Made by a program: the position numbers and the translations under genes
NCBI RefSeq assembly: GCF_006345805.1
Contig: NC_043012.1
Location: forward strand, 32,178,001 to 32,242,000
Direction of reading: 5' to 3'
Source: Octopus sinensis
Lineage: Eukaryota
DNA: 64,000 nt
Notes under the pieces: generated by a model
Told to the model about the DNA's origin: nothing
Seen by the model: only the letters and a program-made list of their open reading frames with translations
The model's database searches: none
Shown here: in pieces, positions 1-12,565 of the stretch
Layout of the letters: each line of letters starts with the position of its first letter
Position numbering within the stretch: the first letter of the stretch is position 1

Positions 1-201
1 CTCTTCTTCCTTCCGTATGTCTTACACTTTCAGTTTCGTATCTTCAGACTACATACTCAAAGTAACAGGTTACACAATTTAGGGTCACCTTTAGAGATGA
101 GTTTTGACTTCTGAAGTTAATGAAAGGAAGCTTTTTACTTATTCATTTATTTTTTTTACCTCAGTCACACTTATATACATATTATTAGATGTGAATTTTA
201 A

Positions 202-410
202 TCCTTTCATTACTGTATTTATTTTGAGATGCTCTGTGTGTCTTCCAATTATTTTAAATATAACGAAGAATTTAGTAAAATAACATGGTTATCATTAAGC
301 TAATGTTAGGAACATAGATTTGGTGGAAGATTTGAATTCAAAACTTATGAAAACAAGACATTTATACTAAAGAGCTAGAGCCAGTTTCAGTTGAGTTGGT
401 AACAAAAGGG
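202..410 (-). mobile_element. piggyBac-like MITE (family P1)
   Basis: Flanked by TTAA at 198-201 and 411-414. Reverse-complement relative of 27784-27994. Confidence 0.7.
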
Positions 411-944
411 TTAATCCTTTTAGCAAAACTATCACTAAACACTGATACAGTTAGCCAAGCCTACAAACCATTTTAGTTGTTCACCTTAGGCTTCTAGTGA
501 CCTCAACGACAACATGAATCTGCTCCATTTTCTGACTCTGTAAAGCTTTTGCCTTGTTTAAGGAATCAATAATTGCATTATATTGAACTCGTCACTTTGG
601 CCATAACTGGCACAACTCAAACACATAAAAATAAAAGATCGAATCAATCAATTTTGTTAAAATTGTGTCATGAAATTTAGTAAACTGCAGCGGCTGTAAG
701 TCTTCATTGCCTAACAACTAATCACCTAAAATTTACATCTCTTATGTTCTGTCTTTCAGAAGGTGCACTACAATGTTTATTTCAGTCTACCTGGTTGACA
801 ATAGGCATCATTCCTGCTGCAAAGCTCGTGTGTAGTTAACAGGGAAAAAACATCTGTCGAAATATAAATCTGCTACAGTAGTGTGTGAATGTGTAGGCTT
901 ACACGTGTTCATTCACATTATGTAGAAACGTGGTAAGGAATATT

Positions 945-1327
945 TGAAGGTGTGACACCAGTGCAGAATCACCTCCCTCCGACAAGTCATCCTAACGAGA
1001 CATCTGCGATGGCTGGGTCATGCCCTCCGTTGTCAACCAAGAGAATTCATCTATGAAGCAATTGCCCCAGCTCCCCTTCAGGGTTGGCGAAAGCAATGTG
1101 ATGGACAACAAAAAACCTGGCTGATGACAGTCAAGGCTGATCTGGAATCCAACCTAGGCCCCCATATCTACGGCGTTCACTGCTGGAATAAGGAGTGGTT
1201 GGGGATCACACGGTCGTTAGCCTCAAATCGCCAGGTCTGGTCAGCATTTGTGAGAGACGCAGCATTGAGGATGAATGAAGCCAGCTCAACCCACCCCGGG
1301 TGAATGCTGTCTCAAGTCAAGTCAAGA
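945..1327 (+). mobile_element. RTE-type LINE 3' fragment with (CAAGT)n tail
   Basis: Translates as ..RHLRWLGHALR..KTWLMTVKADLE..NRQVWSAFVRDA..*, a typical RTE C-terminus. Ends tcaagtcaagtcaag. Confidence 0.7.
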
Positions 1328-1576
1328 AACATGGTGTAGATTTAGAGTACATACACACATTTTCCCATGCTAGCATGGGTTGGACTTGATAATAACTTAC
1401 AGGAACCAAGCTTGAGTTTGGTGGTCTTTCTCACACTGAACTTATTTATGTGTGTTTATGTATGTAATTAAGAGTAGCTGTCAAGAACTATTCCAATGGA
1501 GACTAAACAGAAGTGGTGTAGAGGAGTGGGGGAAGTCTTTATTGTGGGGAGGTACAATAAAATATACACATTGCAG

Positions 1577-1929
<353 letters not shown>

Positions 1930-1930
1930 T

Positions 1931-2068
1931 TTGGCGTTAGGAAGGGCATCCAGCCGTAGAAACACTGCCAGATTTGACTGGGCCTGATGAAGCCTTCTGG
2001 CTTCACAGACCCCAGTAGAACCGTCCAACCCATGCTAGCATGGAAAACGGACGCTAAACGATGATGAT
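1931..2068 (+). mobile_element. RTE-tail element (family C), 5'-truncated, inserted in (TA)n
   Basis: ttggcgttaggaagggcatcc...gtccaacccatgctagcatggaaa...aaacgatgatgat tail, which recurs many times in the window. Confidence 0.8.
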
Positions 2069-2229
2069 ATATATATATATTATATATATATATATAACTT
2101 GAGTCAAGGAGGTCTATATAGCGTCCTTGGTTTGTAAAACTGTATACGGTAACGTCCTTTATTATTATTGTATATATAACATAATGCAAACGTGTAGCTT
2201 TTTTTGTGCATTTTGTTTGCAGAAAATAA

Positions 2230-2470
2230 AAAAATAACAGTAATAACGTTTAATAAATGTTGCTTATTGCAAGTTATGGATGATTCTTTTGTGACCTCAT
2301 TGCTTTCAGGCTTAGCTTAAGGTATTTTCGCGCCAGACAACACAAAATGCATCTGAATAAACATTGCCAGACAGCAAATAGAGACTCGGATATTGCTTTG
2401 AAAATAATTTTCTTTTTTAACCTCATATATAGTATGCACTAGGGATTTTGACCTTTAAATTTTGGGGGGG
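2230..2470. mobile_element. Internal fragment of a pogo/Tigger-like non-autonomous element
   Basis: Reverse-complement match to 51130-51370. Confidence 0.55.
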
Positions 2471-2639
2471 AAATGTGGATTATACTTGGATTTATGGTAT
2501 ATTTTACAATGTTGGTACTTTTACTTACTCAACATTCCATGTTACATGTTGTTCATCCTAAAATTAAAGGTGTAAATCTTTTAGATGTTACAGTCCACCA
2601 AAACCACCTAATTTCATTTGAAATACATGGCTTTTTCCG

Positions 2640-2897
2640 TGCCACCAGCATGGGGGCCAGTCAGGTGGTACTGGAGCGAGGTCATGGCCAGTACCGCCTG
2701 ATTGGCCCCCATGCCGGTGGCATATAAAAAGCACCCGCTACACTCTCGGAGTGGTTGACGTTAGGAAGGGCATCCAGCTGTAGAAACTGCCAGATCAAGA
2801 TTGGAGCCTGGTGCAGCCATCTGGTTCACCAGCCCTCAATCAAAGTCGTCCAACCCATGCTAGTATGGAAAGAGGACGTTAAACGATGATGATGATG
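2640..2897 (+). mobile_element. RTE-tail element (family C)
   Basis: Array unit followed by the conserved tail ending (GAT)n. Confidence 0.8.
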
Positions 2898-3609
2898 GAT
2901 CCTTAAACATCTCAGGCAGAGATGTACTGTTTAAATTTTGTTTCCAAAATGATTTATGAGTTAAGAGCTGGATAACTATAGTTTTGTCAAATTGGGTTTT
3001 AATCAAATTTTACCATTTCCAGAGCATCAATAGTTTGAGTTCATAAGTGTTTATTTGCTTCAGTTTTTTTTTTTTTTTTCTCAATCCAATTTTTAGAAAA
3101 TATAATTAAGAAAAATGCTGCATCATATTTTGAAGGTCTCTTGTAAACAATCATTCTACTTTCTTTCATGTATCTTTTATTTAGTTGGTAATTTAACATT
3201 TTTCATCTAATTTTTTTTCCCCCCACCAATCTTACCAGATATCAGTAGCTTTGCAGATTTAAACATTTGTATAGAAAATAGGTTATTTCACACAAAGGAT
3301 GTTCATATATTACTAACAGCTAAAAAAAAAAACTTTTATATTTTTGTTGTATGACTTCAGACAACTCTATTCAAGCAAAACCTACATACATATTTTCAGT
3401 AAGTTAGACGAAAGGAATGTTGAAAGTATGTCCACACATTTACAGCTTAACCCTTTAGCTTTCAAATTCCTCTGTCTAATGCAATGCTTATTTATTCACA
3501 TTGCTTTGGGTTAATCATGTATTACCTTGTAGCTTCAAGATTTTAATGATGTGACTACGTTTACCCTGCACAAGTGAAAGCAGGGTATTGTAATAACTTA
3601 TTTTCACAA

Positions 3610-3830
3610 CAGCATTGGTTGTCAAGCGATGTTGGGGGGACAAACACACACACATATATATACATATACATATATACGACAGGCTTCTTTCAGTTTCTGT
3701 CTACCAAATCCACTCACAAGGCTTTGGTTGGCCCGAGGCTATAGTAGAAGACACTTGCCCAAGGTGCCACGCAGTGGGACTGAACACAGAACCATGTGGT
3801 TGGTATGCAAGCTACTTACCACACAGCCAC
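3610..3830 (-). mobile_element. SINE family B
   Basis: Reverse complement of the head gtggctgtgtggtaagtagcttgc..gttcagtcccactgcgtggcaccttgggcaagtgtc. Confidence 0.75.
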
Positions 3831-4393
3831 TTTTTCATATGAATTTAGTTCATTTAAAAAGCATGAGTAAGCGACATATTGTAAGCCACACTAATTTGCG
3901 AAAAAAATAAATAAATAAATCTGCATGCAGGGTATTCATCGCCCTCCAATGCCTTTTTTCCCATTATTTTTAGAATGTTATTGTTGAGTAAGTGTGAGAG
4001 GTTAGGTCTGATTGATTTGAACATAAAACATTTAGAATATCAGGGCGAGATGTGGCTGGTTTAAATGCTAGAGAGTTAAATGTTAATTACAACTTTTCTT
4101 AGTTATCTTCATCTCTCAGTGGAAAGACTTAAAAATTTTCTGATGATTCTAAAAGTCAAAATACCTTCATTGTTAGGGTAGTATTATTATAGCCACATGT
4201 CCTCCTTTCTATGAATCACTGTACCATAAACTGCGAGGTCATAACTAGCTGGACAGGTTAAGTAATTTTGTATTGGGACACGGTACAATGGCTATAGTAT
4301 ATTTTAAATTGTCCGTCTCTCACACAATATCTTTTCCATTTGTCAAAAGGCATGGAATTTAAGTAGGATAAAATTACTCTGACAGGAAATGGG

Positions 4394-4803
4394 GGAGCTT
4401 TTCGGTTTGAACAGCAGTTTTTAACATAATTTCTGGATAACTAAAAAATTTTAAACTTCGTATACTGGAAGAATGTGTTTATAAAACCTCTTTTTCTCTT
4501 GGCTTTATTGAGAAAATTCTATAGTTTGTAAGATTTTTGTTGTTTTTTTCTTCAATTTCTACAATTTCAACCAATCACTGACATCCATTGAGGTAAACAA
4601 CATTCTGTGCCGTATGAATATGTCCCTCGTTTAAGAAACAGATTGGGTTTATTTACATTTGTGAAGAAAAAAAGATACCCTTCCCCCCACCCCTAACCCT
4701 AAAATAGATTGAAATGCAATAGATCGATACTAGGGTCATAATTATGGGTGACAATTTCATATGACACTGCTAGAAAAAACTGCCGTTCAAACTGAAAAGA
4801 TCC
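4394..4803. mobile_element. Merlin-like MITE copy 1
   Basis: TIRs GGA(G/T)CTTTTCGGTTTGAAC.GCA, with an 8-bp TSD gaaatggg at 4386-4393 and 4804-4811. Confidence 0.8.
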
Positions 4804-4849
4804 GAAATGGGTTTGTATTGTTGCAGCAAAAGATTTATTATATAGATTT

Positions 4850-5200
4850 AATAAGTGTCTTAGTTCCTCCCTTACACCTAGCCTGTACATCAGGCTGTAA
4901 GACATCTCCAGTCCTCTTGGTTTTGAGCATAGTTGCCTGCATCCTCCCAGGTGATGCTAAATTGCTTCAGATCTTTGAAAGTGACACATGTCTTCATGAA
5001 TCACCTTCTGTTTTGTTTTTTTTATCTCTCACATTACTCATTGTGTCTTTGGAAGTCATTCTTCTTGCAGTTGGAAAACATGACCTGACAGTCTCGCTCT
5101 TCTTTCTGCCACAATCTCCTGCAGGCTGCACAGATTAGCTTTTCTCAAGCCTAAGGATCAACTCTAAAAAAACCCAAGGTGATGCAGGGCAAATGAGCAA
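4850..5200 (-). mobile_element. Degraded RTE LINE C-terminal fragment
   Basis: Minus strand reads ..EIVAERRARLSGHV...FKDLKQFSITWEDAGNYAQNQEDWRCL.., with stops. Confidence 0.6.
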
Positions 5201-5798
5201 ACAGTTACACAAACTTTTGGGAATGAAGTCTCCATTGAAATAACAAGCCTAGAATTAGTTAATTAGCCATCATTTATATGAACTAATGACTCCAGTGACG
5301 AGTTATTTCCAACCTTTTGTCCTTATGAGAGATTATTTATGATTAGAAAGAATAAACCTACTTCCTTAATGAATATATGCAAAAGAGCCGGTTAAATGGG
5401 TTTTCTCCCAATAACTCACTGTTCATTCAAATCTTCTGTCAAGAATTTTCAGTAAACTCTCTCAACAGTTTGGACATTTATCAAAAAGGTTTTCTAGACA
5501 ATTACTTCCATCATTATATTCTTTGTTTTCTAAACATTTTAATCAGGTTCACTGCTGTTTGTGTTCTGAAGCATTCTGGTACATATGTATAGTGCTGGCT
5601 AATAATCCATTCAATGAGGCTAGCACAATAGCCTCACTAGACTGCCATTACTGAAAAATTGTGGACTAATAACTGTACATTTGATGATAGCCAGGAAATT
5701 AGATTGTTAATACCTTTTTCTGGCGAGAAATATAAATATTAGAAATATTGAATTTCTAAATGTCTCAGAGAGACATGAGTGGTGGTGGAGTGATATAG

Positions 5799-6064
5799 TG
5801 GTTGTATACTGTCAAGTTAACGTGACAGTCCCGTAAAGGGAATTACACCACCACTATTTAGCCCTAGGAAGCATCAACGCTTCCTGTCGGCTTTGACACA
5901 TTTCCTGTGTCGGTATATTTGTGAAGGGGAGGCAAGCGCCCCCACCAGAAGGACACAGGAAATGTGTCAAAACCGACAGGAAGCGTCGATGCTTCCTAGC
6001 GCTAAATAGCGGTGGTGTAATTCTTTTTACGGGACTGTCACGTTATGTTGACAGTATACAACCA
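5799..6064. mobile_element. Fold-back (MITE-like) element with ~113-bp inverted arms and 40-bp spacer
   Basis: Arm 5799-5911 is the near-perfect reverse complement of 5952-6064. Confidence 0.75.
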
Positions 6065-6439
6065 ATATAAATATTCATACTTCAAATCTAATGCAGGGCA
6101 ATTTACATATTCAGGAATATATCACCTGATGATAGTTGTAGATTTAATTAAAACTTACAGATAAAAACATTGAGGAAATTAATAACTCAGATAACATTAA
6201 TTACAAATATTTACAGTTTTTAATTTTGATGGTGAGAGGAATTTCACATTTTATCAGCAATGACAACCAGCAAACATGGATACAATTGGTTAGTAAATTG
6301 ACTAAATCCAAATTACCATGCAAAGATTTGTCCTTGAAACTGTATCAGTACTATTCCAGTTTACAATATACCATTCTTTTAGATGTTCTACAATTCTAAG
6401 TTTGCAACTCCAGTGTATTAAAAATAAGGGCTAAACAAG

Positions 6440-6812
6440 TATGGTTGTGTGGTAAGAAACTTGCTTCCCAACCACATAGTACCAGGTTCAGTCCTACTGT
6501 GTAACACCTTGGGCAAGTGCCTCAGGCCAACCAAAGCCTTGCGAGTGGAGTGGAGCCCATCGTGTTTGTATGTAAGTATGTATGTATATATATATACATA
6601 TATATATAATGTGTGTGCTTATCCCCCACCTCCACTTGACAACCAGTTCTGGTGTGTTTACGTTCTCATAACTTAGCAGTTTCGCAAAAGAGACTGATAG
6701 AATAAGTACTAGGCTTTAAAAATAATAAATCCTGGAGTTGATTTGTTCAACTAAAGCCCTTCAATGTGGTGTCCCAGTATGGCCACAATCAAATGACTGT
6801 AAAAGATAAGGA
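6440..6812 (+). mobile_element. SINE family B, near full length
   Basis: tRNA-like head, central microsatellite and 3' part ending ..cacaatcaaatgactgtaaaag. Confidence 0.75.
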
Positions 6813-6855
6813 AAAAATATTCATTATGTTGTCTGCTTTTTTTTTTTATGCTGAT

Positions 6856-6971
6856 ATCATCATCATCATACATCCGTTTTCCATGCTAGCATGGGTTGGA
6901 CGGTTTGACCAGGGTCTTTGAAGCCAGGAGGCTACACCAGGCTCCAGTCTGATCTGGCAGTGTTTCTACAG
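6856..6971 (-). mobile_element. Inverted RTE 3' tail fused to the 5' end of the adjacent LINE
   Basis: (CAT)n-ccgttttccatgctagcatgggttggac...gtttctacag joins agggcttcc directly. Confidence 0.75.
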
Positions 6972-8000
6972 AGGGCTTCCCGCTCAGAGTAAAAGGTAGA
7001 CTGTAGTATGCATGTGTACAAACAGCCATACTACATGGCAGTGAAACATGGTCCATGCCTGCTAAGGACATGCGTAAGCTTGCAAGGAATGAAGCCAGTA
7101 TGCTCCACTGGATGTGTAATGTCAGTGTGCATACTCGACAGAGTCTAAGTACCTTGAGAGAAAAGTTGTGCCTAAGAAGCATCAGATATGTGCATGAGAA
7201 ACGACTGCGCTGGTATGGTCATGTGGAGAGAATGGATGAGGATAGTTGTGTGAAAAAGTACCACACCCTAGCGGTTGAGGGAACTTGTGGAAGAGGTAGA
7301 CCCAGGAAGACCTGGGATGAGGTGGTGAAGCACGACCTTCGGACATTAGGCCTCACCGAGACAATGACTAGTGACCGGGACCTTTTGAAATATGCTGTGC
7401 TTGAGAAGACCTGGCAAGCCAAGTGAGACCATAACCCATGGTCTATGCCAGGGGTCTAACCAGCCTACTTATGTGTACCTTTCCTTCATTGGACACTAAA
7501 CTCTGCTTGCGAAGACCTGTTGAGGCAAGTGAAATCGAAATCAAATTCGATGACTGGCATCTATGCTAGTGGAGTGTTAAGAGCAATATCCAAACGTAAT
7601 CGTTGCCAGGGCATCTGACTGGTTTCTGTGCTGGTGGCACATAAAAAGCATCTTTCGAGCATGATCATTACCAGCGTCGCCCTACTGGCACATGTGCTGG
7701 TGGCACAGGAAAAAAGTATTTGTGCGAGGTCATTGCCAGTGCCACTGGACTGGCTCCTGTGCAGGTGGCACATAAAAAGCACTATTTGAGCGTGGCCGTT
7801 GCCAGTACTGCCTGACTGGCCCTCGTGCCGGTGGTATGTAAAAGCACTCACTACACTCTCGGAGTGGTTGGTGTTAAGAAGGGCATCCAGATGTAGAAAC
7901 TCTACCAGATCAGATTGGAGCCTGGTTTGCCAGTCCTCAGTCAAATCATCCAACCCATGCCAGCATGGAAAGCGGACATTAAACGATGATGATGATGATG
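6972..8000 (+). mobile_element. RTE LINE 3' portion: ORF C-terminus (stop at 7426), 3'UTR with hairpin array, (GAT)n tail
   Basis: GLPLRVKG..HGSETW..KLARNEASMLHWMC..RLRWYGHVERM..RGRPRKTWDEVVKHDLR..* is the RTE RT thumb/C-terminus. Shows that the family C tail is this LINE's 3'UTR. Confidence 0.85.
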
Positions 8001-8900
8001 TGTATAAATCACTACCAATTCCACTTCTGTCTATTATTAAGCATGGCCACTTCCCAGATGACAAAGTTTTGTATTTTCCTTGCAAATTGGTCTTTACTAG
8101 ATTTACTTTTAGATTTCTTGATTCCAAGCTCTGGTTTCACATTAGGAACTTTTCCTCATCTAGAGCTATACCACTGGCATATAGAAATTCTCACAGACAG
8201 CTAGTCTTAAATTCCTTATGTTATAGCCTGGGATGACTAAGTGGGAAGCTGACAACTAGGATTTGATGGACATTTTCCTGCATAAAGAATCTTCTCACTG
8301 AACTCATTGCTAGCTCTCAGTTTGCTGACACCATGATTTTATCCATCATTTATGAATACTGATATTGCACAACCTGTAGAGTATGCTCCTGTTATTTCTT
8401 TCCAAGGCTCTTACAAACCATTCATCTACACTGTCTTCTTAACAACCATTGAACTACATACATTTTGAAGCTTTAAACCAGCTCAACAAATATTAAGTAC
8501 GATGGCTTGCACATAGTCAATAACTTCTTCTGTTGTCTCAATGAGTAAAGCGCATTGAGGTGGGAAGGTAGAGTATTTCATTAAAGCTGTTCTTGTTTAA
8601 TTAGCTGCCCTATAACTCTGTCACTTTCAAGACTTCATCCATCAATTCTATTTCTCTGCAATTGCTTCTAGCTAGAATATCTCCTTTACTCTTGCTGCAA
8701 TATGCTAGTAATTGAGCAACATAGTCGCATTTCAAGAATTAGGGTTGACCTGGAGTTAAACAATAACAACCTGATGGATCATGTGAATTACTGTGACCCA
8801 CTTTGCCAGATAGTTTCAATATCTTAGTAACTATCTCTGATGCTTCTGTTTTCCTTGCCTTAATATGCTTAATAAACCTTTAACTATCTGCAAGTTCCTT
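8001..8900 (-). mobile_element. Old RTE LINE reverse transcriptase remnant
   Basis: Minus strand ..ESRNLKVNLVKT..SGKWPC.., plus degraded matches to RT core segments with many stops and frameshifts. Confidence 0.6.
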
Positions 8901-8959
8901 TATTGGATCTAGTCTTATAGTTTCAATCTGCTTCCATAGTTTATAATATATATTTCGCT

Positions 8960-9379
8960 GGACTGATTCCTGTGCAGGTGGCAAGTAAAGAAACACCGTT
9001 TCGACCCTGTGCTTGAGATCTATTGAGTCAAGTACACCAACATCAAAAATCAATGGAAATTGTAGTTGTGATCCCTGTGCCGGTGGCACATAAAAAGCAC
9101 CATCCAAATGTGGCTGATGCCAGCACCACCTTGACTGGCTTCCGTACCGGTGGTACGTAAAAAGCACCAACTGATTGTGGCCATGTCAGCCTCGCCTGGC
9201 ACATAAAAAGCACCCACTACACTCACGGAGTGGTTGGTGTTAGGAAGGGCATCCATCTGTAGAAACACTGCCAGATCAAGATTGGAGCCTGGTGCAGCCT
9301 TCTGGCTTCCCAAATCCCGGTTGACCTGTCCAACCCATGCTAGCATGGAAAACAGACGTTAAACGATGATGATGATGAT
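8960..9379 (+). mobile_element. RTE-tail element (family C) with 3 array units
   Basis: gtgccggtggcacataaaaagcacc units plus the conserved tail. Confidence 0.8.
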
Positions 9380-9879
9380 TTCAAATAGTGTGTTTTGAAA
9401 ATTTATTTTTGTTGTACTTCATGTCAAGATTCTGTGAAATGTTCTTTAGGGTACAAATAAAACTCCCCCTCCCCCCGAGTTATGGACCCACCCTGATTCT
9501 ATCCTTTTTGTATTGCATTTTCCTTGCAAAAGGTTAACAGTGAGATTGTTGACTGATACATCTGCTGATTCAGTCTATTATTTCGACTGGATAATTTTGA
9601 TATAAAGTGCCTGAAAGTTTCAGCACACTTCTTAACCTGCTCTTTGACACAATCTTGATTTGAATTTCCTGTTATTTTATTGACTAGATCCAGTTCTACT
9701 TTGAAAGGCTTTTCATCTCTTTAAAATACTTGTAGACTGCTGAGCAATGTTACTTGTATGCATACTTATTTCATTTATGTGTGTGTGAAATGTATACACT
9801 TATAAATATGCATAAATGTGTATGCGTAGACATATGGTTAAATGTGTATATATGTGTGTGTGTAATCGGTATGTATTTT

Positions 9880-10050
9880 TATTCTTTCACTTGTTTCAGT
9901 CATTTGAAGGGTTTTTTAATCAAACAAATTGACCCCAGGACTTAATTCTTAAGCTTATGTATGTACTCTATTGATTTCTTTTGCTGAACCTCTAAGTTAC
10001 AGGGATGTAAACACACCAACACCGGTTGTTAAGCAGTGAGGGGGAAACAA
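9880..10050 (-). mobile_element. SINE family B 3' half
   Basis: Reverse complement of the family B 3' segment. Confidence 0.65.
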
Positions 10051-10055
10051 ACACA

Positions 10056-10790
10056 GCTTCCCAATCACACAGTTCCAGGTTCAGTCCCGGTGCATGACAC
10101 CTTGGGCAAGTGTCTTCTACCCTTGCCTTGTGAGTAGATTTGGGAGACAGAAACTGAAAGAAGCCTCGTGTGTGTGTGTGTGTATATATATATATACCTG
10201 TGCCGGTGGCACATAAAAAGCACCATCCGAATGTGGCCATTGCCAGCGCCGCCTTGGCTGGCTTCCATGCCGGTGGCACATTAAAAGCACCAACCGATCG
10301 TGGCCGATGCCAGACCCCCCCCTAGCACCTGTGCAGGTGGCACGTAAAAAGCACCAACCGATCGTGGCCGATGCCAGATCCCCCCTGGCACCTGTGCAGG
10401 TGGCACGTAAAAAGCACCCACTTCACTCGCAGAGTGGTTGGTGTTTGGAAGGGCATCCAGCCGTAGAAACACTGCCAGATCAGACTGGAGCCTGGTGCTG
10501 CCCCTGGCTTCCCAGACCCCAGTCGAACCGTCCAACCCGTGTTAGCGCGGAAAACAAATGTTAAACGATGATGATATATATATATATATATATATATATA
10601 ATAGATAGATAGATAGATATGTGTGTGTGTCTGTTTACATCCCCATAACTTAGCAGTTTGGCAAAAGTGACCAAAACAAAAGCACTAGGCTTACAAAGGA
10701 AAAGTCCTGGGGTCGATTTTGTTCAACTAAAGGCGGTGTTCCAATATGACCGCAGTCAAATGACTGAAACAAGTAAAAGAATGAAGCAAT
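10056..10790 (+). mobile_element. SINE family B interrupted in its microsatellite by a family C element (10197-10575)
   Basis: B 5' half 10056-10170, microsatellite, C element, microsatellite, B 3' half 10620-10790. Confidence 0.7.
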
Positions 10791-11327
10791 ACACACACAC
10801 ACACACACACTTCTTTCAGTTTCCGTCTACCTAATTCACTTACAATGCTTTGGTCAACTTGAGGCTATATGGTACCAGACACTTTCCCAAGGACCGTGTA
10901 GTTGGGAAGCGAGCTTCTTACCACACAGCCATGCCTGCGCCTATGTATGTATATGTTAATGTTCATCTCAAGACTATTGGCTCATTAGGGCTGAGTTTAC
11001 CTTGGTTTTCAGGGCATTGAATGACTGAGTCCCAACTGGACTTGGATGTCAAACACAGTTAACTCCCAGCTGTTGGTGGTACTCATACTCAACTGAGTGA
11101 AGCAATATAAAATGAAGCGTCTTACTCAAGTACGCAACACACGGCATTGTGGTTGAGGTATTAGACTCAGGATTGTAATGTCATGTGTTCAATTCCTGGA
11201 CTAGGCAGCTCATTATGTTCTTTAGTTATTTATATGTGCTTCTGTATATATATGTGTGTGTGTGTGCTTGTACGTTTACAAGCACACACACATATATATA
11301 TACACATATATATACATATATATATAT

Positions 11328-11537
11328 ATCAATGGAAATTGTAGTTGTGATCCCTGTGCCAGTGGCACATAAAAGCACCCACTACACTCACAGAGTGGTT
11401 GGCGTTAGGAAGGGCATCCAGCTGTAGAAACACTGCCAGATCAGACTGGAGCCTGGTGCAACCTCCTGGCTTCCCAGACCCCAGTCGAACCGTCCAGCCC
11501 ATGTTAGCATGGAGAGCGGACATTAAACGATGATGAT
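11328..11537 (+). mobile_element. RTE-tail element (family C), 1 array unit
   Basis: atcaatggaaattgtagttgtgatccctgtgccagtggcac... through to (GAT)n. Confidence 0.8.
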
Positions 11538-11639
11538 ATGTGTGTGAAATTTTCTCCAGTTGCCTGCTGGCTACACTCTTCATTGCTGTTACTCTTTAAA
11601 AAAAAAGTCAGCAAAATATCCACAATTGAAGAGGCTCAC

Positions 11640-11760
11640 CAAATCCGTGTGCATGAAATGCACGCGCGCGTTTTTGCACGTGAGTGTGTACGGTGCGTGT
11701 CTATGTTACACAGGTGTGTTCCTTGTCTCTGACAGAGATGGCGTCTAAGGGAGATAATTG
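11640..11760 (+). promoter_or_regulatory. Candidate promoter/TSS region of the CSP gene
   Basis: Non-repeat, CpG-enriched patch (cacgcgcgcg, CACGTG E-box) with a YY1-like AGATGGCG motif in sense orientation, upstream of the first secure exon. Inference only. Confidence 0.35.
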
Positions 11761-12565
11761 CTTTTAAATATTCTGACTTTTCTCTTCAAATATACTGCTT
11801 TTATGTTAACTATTAAACGATACTGCCTCTTGTTCTCTCTCCCACTCTTTTTGTTTCTTTCTTATACATTGTTATATCACACAAAGACATACTAAATGTA
11901 CATAACATATCCCGTTTTCATGTTAATTTCTCATGTTCTAAATAATCTTCTTAGAATAAGCCAGGTTAAAATCTCATTTTTAATCTGTTGCTACTAATTC
12001 TTATTTGTCTCTCAGTGATTATCTCATTTGATCATGCTAGATGACCAAAAGCTTAATTTTTTTTTTAATTCTCATTACATTAGTTTGTGTATATTATTAT
12101 TGTTTACACATAAATAGCTGTATTTTTTTTTTCCTACTGTATGATGAATTTTTGTATTTTAAGAGTTAACAAAACTGCTAAAATGGAGGACAGTTTATTA
12201 GTGAAAGCGACTGTTCTGTCTGAATATAAAAGAAAATATGTACTTCTAGACACAATATTGTAACAATTTATAAATTTTATTTTTATTCTACATAATGTTA
12301 GTCATTTAAAATATTTTTTTATCAAATAACCCTAATTTACTAATCTGTACGATATGATATTTAATCAATTTAGTTGACTCAATATATAACAGATACTTTT
12401 AATTTCAAAGGTTATGGAAGATGAAGTTAACCCAATTAACATTTTAAGTTGGACTTAAGAAACTAAATACTATAGAGTAATTAGTCCAGCTTAGCCATTT
12501 CTAACACTTTACTGTTTTACACTACTATTACTACTACTAATAATAATGATAATAATAATAATAAC

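Noticed and set aside
7625-7850. CRISPR array (palindromic ~25-nt repeat with ~40-nt spacers)
   Set aside because: The spacers are homologous to each other and the array is part of a LINE 3'UTR. There are no cas genes and the context is eukaryotic.
7561-8236. 188-aa and 145-aa ORFs as host genes
   Set aside because: They run across the junction of two RTE fragments and the UTR array, so they are chimeric repeat translations.
12141-12223. Intronic C/D box snoRNA (ATGATGA...CTGA, 83 nt)
   Set aside because: The terminal stem is only ~3 bp, there is no clear C'/D' pair and I recognise no rRNA complement. Such motifs arise often by chance here. snoScan would settle it.
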